Assembly: GCA_963539275.1 (NCBI GenBank)
Contig: CAUTLL010000001.1
Span: 1 to 34,558, forward strand
DNA: 34,558 bases
Reading direction: 5' to 3'
Source of the DNA: an uncultured Flavobacteriaceae bacterium
GTDB lineage: Bacteria > Bacteroidota > Bacteroidia > Flavobacteriales > Weeksellaceae
Below, one piece after another: positions 19,449 through 26,734 of this stretch (the stretch's first letter is position 1; every line of letters begins with the position of its first letter). The notes beneath the pieces were generated by a model, which saw only the letters and a list, made by a program, of their open reading frames with translations, was not told the origin of the DNA and ran no database searches. Position numbers and translations under genes: made by a program.

Positions 19449-19520
19449 AGACCCATGGTGTAATTGGTAACACACCTGATTTTGGTTCAGTCATTCGGGG
19501 TTCGAGTCCCTGTGGGTCTA
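19449..19520 (+). tRNA. tRNA-Gln (anticodon UUG)
   Basis: Folded by hand. The acceptor stem AGACCCA/TGGGTCT is 7 bp and U8 and A14 are present. The D stem is GTGT/ACAC. The anticodon stem is CCTGA/TCAGT with loop TT-TTG-GT. The T arm is CGGGG-TTCGAGT-CCCTG and the discriminator is A. No CCA is encoded. Confidence 0.9.
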
Positions 19521-19750
19521 CAAAATGGCCAATTAAGGCACAAGAAATTAACAAACAGCTTATTTTAAACGGTTTATAGAAGTTTAATTAAGTTGTTTTT
19601 TGTTTTATATGACACCGAAAAAGACACAGAGCTATTTTTTTAGTGTCATATTTTGCAAAAGGCATCTTCAAAATATTGAATTGAAGCATGTTAGAGCAAT
19701 TTCATTCCGTAGAAAATTTACAGGCACTCTCTAAAAAGATATATGTGCCT

Positions 19751-20866
19751 ATGAATGTAAGATTTTATTTAAAAAATTATCTCAACAAAGAGGGAAAATC
19801 CCAAGTTTACCTTAGTATATCTTCTGAAGGTAAGAGAGATAGACTTCCATTGGATGTTTTTGTGCGACCAGAGAACTGGGATAAAACGAAACAAAGAGCA
19901 AAAGTAAAGACCGAGAATAGCGATACGATTAATCTTATTTTAGATCAAGCATTTGCTAAGATTTCTGATATCCGAGTGCATTATCGCTTATCTAAAATAC
20001 ATCTTTCAAGAGAAAAATTGATAGAGGAATTTCAGAATAAAACTCCCAATTATGATTTTATTTCTTTTATGAAATATCATACTGATAATTTAATATTAAA
20101 ACCTAATTCTTATAGAAAACATCAATGCGAGATAGGAAAATTATCGGAGTATAAGAAGTTTATTCCTTTTTCAGAAATAACATTGGAGTTTATTAATAAT
20201 TATAGAGGATATTTATCCAAAATTAAAAAGAATGCTCCGACAACCATAGCCTCATCAATAAAAATTATCTTGAAATTTTTGAAGATAGCAAAAAAGTATG
20301 GAGTATTTCTAAATGTAGATCTATCGGATATTAAACCTGGAAGTACCAAAGGCAATAGAATCAATCTCACGATAGAGGAAGTAGATCGGTTAAAATCTTA
20401 TTATGATAGCGGATTTATAAAGCCACATCATCGCTTAGCATTAGGATATTTTTTATTTTCTTGTTATACATCTTTGCGGATTTCAGATATTAAGAAATTG
20501 AAAAGAGAGGATTTGGGAGGCAATACCATCACTTATTTAAGTACTAAAACCAATCATAATCATACCCTTATCATCAATAAAACAGCGAAAAAAATTCTTA
20601 ATGAAAATGAAGATTTATTTATAAAATGGGTAAGTGATCAGAAAATAAATCAGGCATTGAAAGAAATAGCGAGTATTTGTAGCATAAAGAAAAAAGTACA
20701 TTTCCATGTTGCGAGGCATTCTTTTGCGACCAATTTTCTCCGCAAAGGAGGTAAAATAGAAGACTTGCAAACTATTATGGATCATAGCGATATTCAGACT
20801 ACCATGGTCTATGTTCACATCGTAAAAGCAGAGAGTATGCAGAGCATGTATCTAATGGATGATTAA
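19751..20866 (+). CDS. site-specific tyrosine recombinase / phage integrase (Bacteroidota type with an N-terminal arm-binding domain)
   Basis: The C-terminal catalytic signature is ..LRISD.., HVARHSFAT, ..DLQTIMDHSDIQTTMVYVH (R..H-x-x-R..H..Y). The N-terminus MNVRFYLK.. is typical. The track start 19688 is an upstream alternative. Confidence 0.9.
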   Translation: MNVRFYLKNYLNKEGKSQVYLSISSEGKRDRLPLDVFVRPENWDKTKQRAKVKTENSDTINLILDQAFAKISDIRVHYRLSKIHLSREKLIEEFQNKTPNYDFISFMKYHTDNLILKPNSYRKHQCEIGKLSEYKKFIPFSEITLEFINNYRGYLSKIKKNAPTTIASSIKIILKFLKIAKKYGVFLNVDLSDIKPGSTKGNRINLTIEEVDRLKSYYDSGFIKPHHRLALGYFLFSCYTSLRISDIKKLKREDLGGNTITYLSTKTNHNHTLIINKTAKKILNENEDLFIKWVSDQKINQALKEIASICSIKKKVHFHVARHSFATNFLRKGGKIEDLQTIMDHSDIQTTMVYVHIVKAESMQSMYLMDD

Positions 20867-20870
20867 AATA

Positions 20871-20907
20871 ATTGACACCAATTAAATAAAAATTGGTGTC
20901 AATTTTA
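20871..20907. terminator. bidirectional terminator between the integrase and the convergent small-gene pair
   Basis: Perfect 13-bp stem ATTGACACCAATT/AATTGGTGTCAAT with loop AAATAAA, in AT-rich flanks. Confidence 0.8.
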
Positions 20908-20909
20908 TA

Positions 20910-21149
20910 TTAGGATAAATTATTGATGAGTAGCCCAGTTTCTTCGGGGTAATATTCTAGGATAAATGAGAGCCTTAAAGAGAGTGAGACCACTTCTTTT
21001 AGGATAGTTTTTTCTCTTTCTGTGATATTCCCAAAGTTAGGCAAATGCTCTGTTTCTATTTCATAGAGAGTTTTTTGGACATCATTGTCTTTGAATAGCT
21101 CCATTTGGCAACTGAACCACCAGCTGAAATCGTCATTGAATTTTTCCAT
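20910..21149 (-). CDS. acidic 79-aa phage protein, proximal copy of a duplicated gene
   Basis: The ORF is translationally coupled to the upstream gene by a TAATG overlap. It is near-identical to residues 1-77 of ORF 32407..32700. Confidence 0.7.
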   Translation of the reverse strand: MEKFNDDFSWWFSCQMELFKDNDVQKTLYEIETEHLPNFGNITEREKTILKEVVSLSLRLSFILEYYPEETGLLINNLS

Positions 21150-21419
21150 TACGCATCATATTTTTGGTGAAACAATCTGAGCATATTCTTGTAAGCCTGA
21201 GGGAAAGAACTGCCCCATGCATGGGCTCTTTGTGTAGGAGAGATGAAAGCCACCTTGTAGATTCCTTTATCACAGCTCATCTGGAGATGCCCACCATACA
21301 GCCTTGCAAATGCCAGTGGCTCTATGAGTTTTTCTTCTCTTTTGAATAAACTTCTTAAACTCTCTAAAAGTGTAACTTTTCTGCTTTGCACCGCATTACT
21401 ATTCTTCGTGCGTGGTGCT
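20912..21419. repeat. long direct repeat, copy 1 (partner at 32463..32970, offset 11551 bp)
   Basis: Compared by eye, there are 5 mismatches, all within 20912-20988. Positions 20989-21419 (431 bp) appear identical to 32540-32970. Confidence 0.9.
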
Positions 21420-21439
21420 TTGGTTTGATTGTTAAGCAT
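21149..21439 (-). CDS. basic 96-aa phage protein, proximal copy of a duplicated gene
   Basis: The ORF starts MLNNQTKAPRTKNSNAVQSRKV... The track start TTG 21448 is probably spurious. ATG 21439 corresponds to the ATG of the distal copy. The two proteins are identical from residue 8 onward to ORF 32700..32990. Confidence 0.7.
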   Translation of the reverse strand: MLNNQTKAPRTKNSNAVQSRKVTLLESLRSLFKREEKLIEPLAFARLYGGHLQMSCDKGIYKVAFISPTQRAHAWGSSFPQAYKNMLRLFHQKYDA

Positions 21440-21607
21440 ATTAATCAATTAAAAATTTATTTCCCAAATACAAAAAACCCCGTTAGGAGGTGCTTAACAA
21501 TCATTTAGGGAAACGATTTGTGTAGCCTCTCGACTACACCCTCCTTCAGGGTTATAATATAAACAAATAAAAAAGTTTTCTAGGGATTTTCCCTAAACAT
21601 TGTTAAG
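21440..21607 (-). promoter_or_regulatory. structured 5' leader or cis-antisense RNA with a terminator-like end, proximal version
   Basis: Three segments on the minus strand define it: A at 21610..21588, anti-segment B at 21513..21490, and start region C at 21439..21422. B pairs with either A or C. The long-range helix CCC-UGAA-GGAGG / CCUCC-UAAC-GGGG is followed by U6 (P at 21551..21539, P' at 21490..21478). An inner hairpin capped by GAGA lies at 21539..21520. The TSS is not determinable from sequence. Confidence 0.55.
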
Positions 21608-21612
21608 CATTG

Positions 21613-21620
21613 CAAATATA
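21613..21620 (-). promoter_or_regulatory. -7 promoter box (TATATTTG) driving the proximal leader and gene pair
   Basis: Exact TAnnTTTG match directly after a terminator. The 23-nt context TGCAAATATA[A/G]GAATAAAAAAAT is shared with 33141..33163. Confidence 0.55.
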
Positions 21621-21623
21621 AGA

Positions 21624-21654
21624 ATAAAAAAATTCCCTGCAAGTTTTTGCAGGG
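21624..21654 (-). terminator. intrinsic terminator after the 58-aa ORF
   Basis: The minus strand reads CCCTGCAA-AAAC-TTGCAGGG followed by AATTTTTTT. The same hairpin recurs at 34532..34551. Confidence 0.8.
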
Positions 21655-21660
21655 GAAATT

Positions 21661-21837
21661 TTAGTTTTTTTTATGGTCTATATTATGGAGTAATAATCCC
21701 AGCAGACCAATAGTAAAGATGATTTTTCCTAGAACAAGGTAGTCTTCTTGCTGTGGCTTACGCCCTACAAAAACCAATAAAAGCCCTACAAAGAATAAAA
21801 AAATGTAGGTTATTCTTATAATAACATTTTGTATCAT
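21661..21837 (-). CDS. 58-aa two-TM membrane protein (below the ORF-track length cutoff)
   Basis: Hand translation gives MIQNVIIRITYIFLFFVGLLLVFVGRKPQQEDYLVLGKIIFTIGLLGLLLHNIDHKKN*. The ATG lies 1 nt after the TGA of the upstream ORF (TGATATG). A terminator follows the stop. Confidence 0.55.
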   Translation of the reverse strand: MIQNVIIRITYIFLFFVGLLLVFVGRKPQQEDYLVLGKIIFTIGLLGLLLHNIDHKKN

Positions 21838-21838
21838 A

Positions 21839-22195
21839 TCAATTTATTTTTAATAAGCGGTAAATAAACTCTATCACTTTCTCTGTATGGTATCCAATGA
21901 CAGAAGCCACCACTATACCTAAAAAAGCCAAAGCCCATTTTTTTAGTCGGTTCTGTGGCTTATCCATTCTCTCCGCTTCTTTTATATTTTTTACTTTCAG
22001 ACCTTTTTCTGTGAGCCTTATTTTATTGTCATCGCGGTTTTCTATTAACCCCAAGGCGAAGAGCTTCATTTTCACTTGCCTAAAATATCTCTCATCATTT
22101 TTTACCAACTGCTGATAATACACTGCGGATATTCTTCCTCCTTTTTCTTGGGTTTTCTGCAAGACTTCATTACAGAGATTTTCTAATTCTTCCAT
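21839..22195 (-). CDS. winged-helix-like protein with a C-terminal membrane anchor (118 aa from ATG 22195; track start 22234)
   Basis: The sequence MEELENLCNEVLQKTQEKGGRISAVYYQQLV...LGLIENRDDNKIRLTEKGLKV has a wHTH-like pattern. A C-terminal hydrophobic helix WALAFLGIVVASVIGY follows. A TATCTTTG box lies upstream at about 22283..22290 on the minus strand. Confidence 0.6.
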   Translation of the reverse strand: MEELENLCNEVLQKTQEKGGRISAVYYQQLVKNDERYFRQVKMKLFALGLIENRDDNKIRLTEKGLKVKNIKEAERMDKPQNRLKKWALAFLGIVVASVIGYHTEKVIEFIYRLLKIN

Positions 22196-22291
22196 CGCCA
22201 ATATATTCCTTTTCACAAAAATAATAAAAAGCACATTATTTTCATGAGAAAACGCCGTGCTTTTTTAGGAGTATATTAGCCTTACAAAGAT

Positions 22292-22319
22292 AAAAAAAAT
22301 CCCCACCGCTGGGGTGGGG
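22292..22319 (-). terminator. intrinsic terminator after the 81-aa gene
   Basis: The minus strand reads CCCCACC-CCAGC-GGTGGGG followed by T8. Confidence 0.8.
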
Positions 22320-22361
22320 ATTAGTGTTAAATTTAAGCAATAGTTATGAAAACTATTTTAT

Positions 22362-22607
22362 TTATAGCTGGTTGGCAGTCTTGCGGATACGCTCCGAGAG
22401 GTCATATAATGCCCCTTTGAACTGCTCCATTTCTTCGTGAGAAAATCCACCAGCATTTCCGTTTCCATCTATACCATCTATTTTATGGTATATCCAAGAT
22501 GGAGAGCGGTCAAAATATTTTTTAGACAATTTAGCCCAAGATATATCAAGAGCAATATCATTTAATGTTTCCTTTACAGATTGTTTTTTACTAGCAGTTA
22601 TTTCCAT
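22362..22607 (-). CDS. 81-aa hypothetical phage protein
   Basis: A clean ATG ORF bracketed by terminators on both sides. I recognise no family with confidence. Confidence 0.6.
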   Translation of the reverse strand: MEITASKKQSVKETLNDIALDISWAKLSKKYFDRSPSWIYHKIDGIDGNGNAGGFSHEEMEQFKGALYDLSERIRKTANQL

Positions 22608-22622
22608 ATTTTATATTTTATT

Positions 22623-22647
22623 AAAAGCACCACCGCATGGGCGGTGC
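22623..22647 (-). terminator. terminator-like hairpin after the 65-codon ORF
   Basis: The minus strand reads GCACCGCC-CATGC-GGTGGTGC followed by TTTT, a short U-run. Confidence 0.55.
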
Positions 22648-22653
22648 TTGAGT

Positions 22654-22851
22654 TTAGTCTTCGTAAAGAAGTTTTTCAAATAATCTAATTATCCATTCTT
22701 CTAATTGTACTGAATAATTGTGTTTGGATTTCTTGAAGTTTCTAATGGCTTCAATGAGCTCCTTTTCTTGTTCTGTTAGTTTCAGAACTTTATATATTAA
22801 ATTTAACACTACAAATATACTACGAATATTCGTATTTTGCAAATTTTCCAC
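22654..22851 (-). CDS. 65-codon ORF of doubtful coding status (GTG start)
   Basis: The ORF is in the track, but an exact TATATTTG box (minus strand, 22819..22812) sits inside its first 15 codons and no in-frame ATG follows it. The locus could instead produce a short non-coding transcript. Confidence 0.35.
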   Translation of the reverse strand: MENLQNTNIRSIFVVLNLIYKVLKLTEQEKELIEAIRNFKKSKHNYSVQLEEWIIRLFEKLLYED

Positions 22852-22872
22852 TGACTTTTTTTATAAAAAACT

Positions 22873-24678
22873 TCAATAAGTCTCGGTTTCAATTTCTATG
22901 GAATAAAGGTTTTCGGAGAGGGATTTTTTTGTCCAAGATTTGATTTGGTGGCGTTTTCCATAGCAGAAAATTTCGGAGCGAATGTTATACTTTCGGATTT
23001 TATTTTTCTCGGTGATGAAGGTCCATTTATAGACATAATTGGTCAGCCTGTTTTGAAACCAAGGGTTGAGATGTTTGGCGAGATTCTCATCAATAAGCCC
23101 TGGCGGATTACTAGCATGATTGTCTCCATAATCATTAAGTCCATCGTAATGAACCAGCATCAGAGCGGTATCATCACAAGCTTTAGCCGTCCAAGCCCCA
23201 CGAAATAGCACCATGGGAAGTGTGAAGATATTGATACTGATTTCGGTGGTTTTTTTGGGGGTATTTTTTTCATTGATATGATAGCCATTTTCATCAAAGA
23301 AGATGTTTTTAATCTCCACGGCATCATTTTCAGGGAAGGTAATGTTAAAATTCACTTTATCGTTAAATAACCGAGTTGGGTTTTCTACTTCAAATTGTCT
23401 AAAATCCTCTAATTGAGTTCCATCATTTTGAATCACTTTGATGGTATTCATGATAGCTTTATTTCCCTTAAATTCAAGGTCATAATTTCTTAAATTTTTA
23501 ATGGTCGTTACTAGTTCGCCAAAGGTCATCTCAGGGACGGCTTTTTTGAGATTAACCCTATTTTCATTGAAGATATAGGGAATGGGGGTTCCTGCTTTGG
23601 TGTGCTGTCTTATTGGTGTGATGTAGATTTGTGCCACGCCTATGCTCTTGCCTTGGCTATCGTTTTGATTTCTTTTGAAAATACCAGAGTAGTTGAAGGT
23701 AAGCACGGCACCTCTTTCGGCTTCATTTTCGGAGATGGAAAAAGTGCTGATGGCTTTATGGCTTTGCTCTATGGGAATATCGGTGATGTTTTTCGCTTTC
23801 ACGAGGAGTTGTGCGGAGTTATCAATTCCATTCACAAGGAGACGATACTTTCCAGGGGCAGTGATTTTGATAAATTTTTCCCACCGCCCTGTATTGCCAT
23901 CCATATCGGTGTATTCTTGATGATAAACGATGAGTTTATGCTCTTTTTGTTCGCCTGTATTATGGTATTCTTTACTGCTCCAAATGAGCCTTTGTTTGAG
24001 ATGTTTATCCTCTAAAATTTCTCCATCAAGGATAAACCCCGCATCTTTGAAGCCTACTTTTAGGACATAAAGAAGGTAGGGTAAAGGGTGGATGATATTC
24101 TTATTATAAACATCTAAATCATTCTCAATTCTATTTCTTGGGAAGGCTTTCCCTGTGGTGTTTTCTAGATCCGTTCTGTTATTGATCATAGAATCAAAAT
24201 ACTGATAGGCTTCATCTTCTAGGTTGTATTTATCGGTGTAGAGTTTGGGGAAATTATAGTTGGTTTCAGGATATTTTTTGGAGACGATTTCATTGGCATG
24301 GTCATAAATATCATTGACTTTAAGGTCTAATAGAGGCAAATCTTCCAGTTTGGTTTCAAAATTAGGGAGTGTTTCAAAACCACTGTCAATCTGTATTTTA
24401 ATAGAATTCTTGTTAAATTCCATAATCTCTAATTTGGCTTTCCTAGGAGAGCCTTCAAAGATATGAATGCCCTCATGGTATCGTTTTAAATTTTTATTAT
24501 TTAGGGAAGAATATTGCCCAAATTTACTCAAAAAATCACGAGTATAATGATAGTCAATGGGTAAGGTGTAGTTTGTCCAAAAACTATCCTTAAAACGAGG
24601 ATTTTCTTCTACATAAGTGAAGGCGGACTCGTGGAGAGGGATTTCTATGCCTTCATTGGTGATAAATTTATCTTTCAT
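22873..24678 (-). CDS. large phage tail, baseplate or receptor-binding module protein (601 aa)
   Basis: It is the second large ORF downstream of the tape measure gene and overlaps the upstream ORF by 11 nt. The function is assigned from gene order only. Confidence 0.6.
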   Translation of the reverse strand: MKDKFITNEGIEIPLHESAFTYVEENPRFKDSFWTNYTLPIDYHYTRDFLSKFGQYSSLNNKNLKRYHEGIHIFEGSPRKAKLEIMEFNKNSIKIQIDSGFETLPNFETKLEDLPLLDLKVNDIYDHANEIVSKKYPETNYNFPKLYTDKYNLEDEAYQYFDSMINNRTDLENTTGKAFPRNRIENDLDVYNKNIIHPLPYLLYVLKVGFKDAGFILDGEILEDKHLKQRLIWSSKEYHNTGEQKEHKLIVYHQEYTDMDGNTGRWEKFIKITAPGKYRLLVNGIDNSAQLLVKAKNITDIPIEQSHKAISTFSISENEAERGAVLTFNYSGIFKRNQNDSQGKSIGVAQIYITPIRQHTKAGTPIPYIFNENRVNLKKAVPEMTFGELVTTIKNLRNYDLEFKGNKAIMNTIKVIQNDGTQLEDFRQFEVENPTRLFNDKVNFNITFPENDAVEIKNIFFDENGYHINEKNTPKKTTEISINIFTLPMVLFRGAWTAKACDDTALMLVHYDGLNDYGDNHASNPPGLIDENLAKHLNPWFQNRLTNYVYKWTFITEKNKIRKYNIRSEIFCYGKRHQIKSWTKKSLSENLYSIEIETETY

Positions 24679-26734
24679 TTTGCTTGATGTTAAATTCTAA
24701 ATCTGTGGAGTAGAGCTGTTCGGCTGTATTAAAAATCTCATTTTTCTTGTTCATAGGTCGGGCTTTAATGATTTTATTTTCAATGATAATGAAGCAAAAA
24801 CTACTTTTTATAAGTGCGTTGATGAGCTCTATTTCTTCTCTTAAAATCCAGCCCGTGTTTAGTACCAGAGTTTCTGTTTCTAAAGCTCCAAATTTCTCCC
24901 CATTGGTTTCATTGGTGATATGCGTAAAATCAAATTTTCTGTGATAATCTCCTGTGCAGGTGAGCCAGTCTAAGACCAAATTTTGATTCTCAAAAAAGAG
25001 ATGAATGAGCCTTCCACCAGGTGGGTTAGGGAAAGGAATGAAGCTTATTTCCCCAGCAGAAATAGTTTCCTGATGATTGGCATTAAAAAGCTTTCGCTCA
25101 AAATCCAGAGAGCAGATTTCAAACTGATGAGAGAGCGTAGGCTTTGGTAAAGAATAAGCACTGAAAATCTCATCAAAGGCTCGTTTAGAAGTGAGAGCAT
25201 CGGTGTTAATTCTGATTTTACTCTCGGGGAAAGTTCTCCTTTTGGCAAAATCAGTGAAAAAGGGGAAGCATTTGGGTTTCTTCCCAGGCACGAAGAAAAG
25301 ATTATTCAGCCGAGCCTCGGAGAGCTCATGATCTTCGGCATCAAATTCTTTGATGATGATATTCACAGAAGCCATGGAGAATTGGTATTGCATGAGTTCT
25401 TGGAATTTTATTTCTTGGGCATGAATGAAAAAATCCTGAATTTCTTCCCCAGGGTAGAAAATGATTTCTTCTCCGAAATAATGCTGAGCGTATTCTTGTC
25501 TCTCGCGATATTCCTTGTCATATCCACGATAATACATCTCCAAAATCATGGTTACATAAGATGCTTTTGGATTGGTTTTGGTGATTTTTACTTGATTCGG
25601 ATCAAGGGCAAAATAATAGGCTTTATCTTTAAAATCACTTTCAATGTTTCGGATGACTTTTAGGTTGATTTTCACTCTTTTTTCTACCGAACCAGAATGC
25701 AGGACGATTTCCCCTGAATATTTCCCCAAGTCTAAAACTTCGGCAGATTTGGTCTGGAAAGTAAGTTCATTTCCTTTAATCTGAATATTTTCTAGGAAAG
25801 AGGGCGTAGCTCCCAAAGTAATCGGTAAAGAGAGAGGATTGAGAATGCTCACACTTCCCATTTTTTGCTCTCCTAAAGTTTTGGAAATGACAAAATCAAA
25901 TTCAGTAGAAGTAAGTGAAAAATCAGGCTTTTGAGTGCCATCAATAAGATTAAAAATGATAGGAATGCCTTTGTAATATTTGCCTTCTTTGAGGAGTTCA
26001 AGCTCCCAGTTATAAATTCCATCGGGCATATAAGGAACAAGCTCCGTAGTGTCAGGGGATGGTTTGAAATTGATGATGGATTTGCCAGAGCTTTGGTCAA
26101 GAGAGATGGCACACAGTCCCCAGCCTTTCACATCATTAAAAGAAATATCAGAAATCTCAATAGGGAGATCTCCTGAAAATTTCCAAGTAGATTTATTGAA
26201 AATAATATTACGAGGCACGAGGTCAATATCCACCGTGGTGGTGCTTTCTTTGACATTGAGATTAACTCTCACGGGCGGTGAGTTTTCTATGAATATTTTT
26301 TCTTTTCCTTTCTGTTCATAGGCTTTAATGATGATGGAGGCAGTGTGTATACCTTTTGGGAGTAGAGAAAGGTTTCTATAAGAAACCTCCATAGGATAAT
26401 TGATAGGATTGATCCCCGAGAAGCGGTTCATGATCAAATTTGGAGATTTGAAATCTAACCAATTGTTTGCCGTTCCTTGATATAAAACATCTACTTCATA
26501 GATGACATTATCGTAATCTCTAGCACTCCATTCAGAGAGTTCAGGGAAAGTGATACTCATTTTAATATGTGGGACATTGCCCCCAGGGGTATAGTTACTG
26601 CTGATGTTTTCAGGGGTGATTTGCCACTCTCTGATAGGCACCGTTACAGTATAATATTCATTATGTCCATCGGCAGATTCCTGTCCTGTAGGAACCCAAA
26701 CGCTCTCTTTTCTTTCTTTAAATCTTACTGCCAT
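24668..26734 (-). CDS. large phage tail protein (688 aa; sits where distal-tail or tail-tip genes usually lie)
   Basis: It is the first large ORF downstream of the tape measure gene. The function is assigned from synteny only. Confidence 0.6.
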   Translation of the reverse strand: MAVRFKERKESVWVPTGQESADGHNEYYTVTVPIREWQITPENISSNYTPGGNVPHIKMSITFPELSEWSARDYDNVIYEVDVLYQGTANNWLDFKSPNLIMNRFSGINPINYPMEVSYRNLSLLPKGIHTASIIIKAYEQKGKEKIFIENSPPVRVNLNVKESTTTVDIDLVPRNIIFNKSTWKFSGDLPIEISDISFNDVKGWGLCAISLDQSSGKSIINFKPSPDTTELVPYMPDGIYNWELELLKEGKYYKGIPIIFNLIDGTQKPDFSLTSTEFDFVISKTLGEQKMGSVSILNPLSLPITLGATPSFLENIQIKGNELTFQTKSAEVLDLGKYSGEIVLHSGSVEKRVKINLKVIRNIESDFKDKAYYFALDPNQVKITKTNPKASYVTMILEMYYRGYDKEYRERQEYAQHYFGEEIIFYPGEEIQDFFIHAQEIKFQELMQYQFSMASVNIIIKEFDAEDHELSEARLNNLFFVPGKKPKCFPFFTDFAKRRTFPESKIRINTDALTSKRAFDEIFSAYSLPKPTLSHQFEICSLDFERKLFNANHQETISAGEISFIPFPNPPGGRLIHLFFENQNLVLDWLTCTGDYHRKFDFTHITNETNGEKFGALETETLVLNTGWILREEIELINALIKSSFCFIIIENKIIKARPMNKKNEIFNTAEQLYSTDLEFNIKQNER

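Noticed and set aside
19490-19520. Search for a second copy of the tRNA-Gln 3' end (attR) inside the window
   Set aside because: I saw no repeat of GGTTCGAGTCCCTGTGGGTCT anywhere else in the window, so the right boundary cannot be called here.
19521-19687. The 9-bp inverted repeat ATATGACAC ... GTGTCATAT (about 19607..19651) and a near -7 box upstream of the integrase, considered as an att or operator site
   Set aside because: It is plausible as an integrase promoter or operator. However, the -7 match is imperfect (TATTTTG) and a single short inverted repeat in AT-rich DNA is weak evidence. It is not reported as a feature.
21593-21610. Segment A of the leaders read as a decoy mini-ORF. The proximal copy is AUG CUU AAC AAU GUU UAG. 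The distal copy, at 33140..33105, is GUG CUA AAU AUC AUC ... UAA. Both mimic the N-terminus of the main gene, which suggested leader-peptide attenuation.
   Set aside because: The AUG/GUG begins only 2-3 nt after the -7 box, so it probably lies at or upstream of the transcription start. The resemblance is explained by A and C both being complementary to B. The idea is kept only as a note until the TSS is mapped.
22945-26321. Short ORFs of 65-137 aa on both strands or in alternative frames inside the 601-aa and 688-aa tail genes. These include 25045..25248- and 25873..26112-. The 144-aa plus-strand ORF 26567..27001 and 26904..27206+ belong to the same group.
   Set aside because: All are embedded in or antisense to the long, contiguous minus-strand operon. 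None has a promoter box or terminator of its own.
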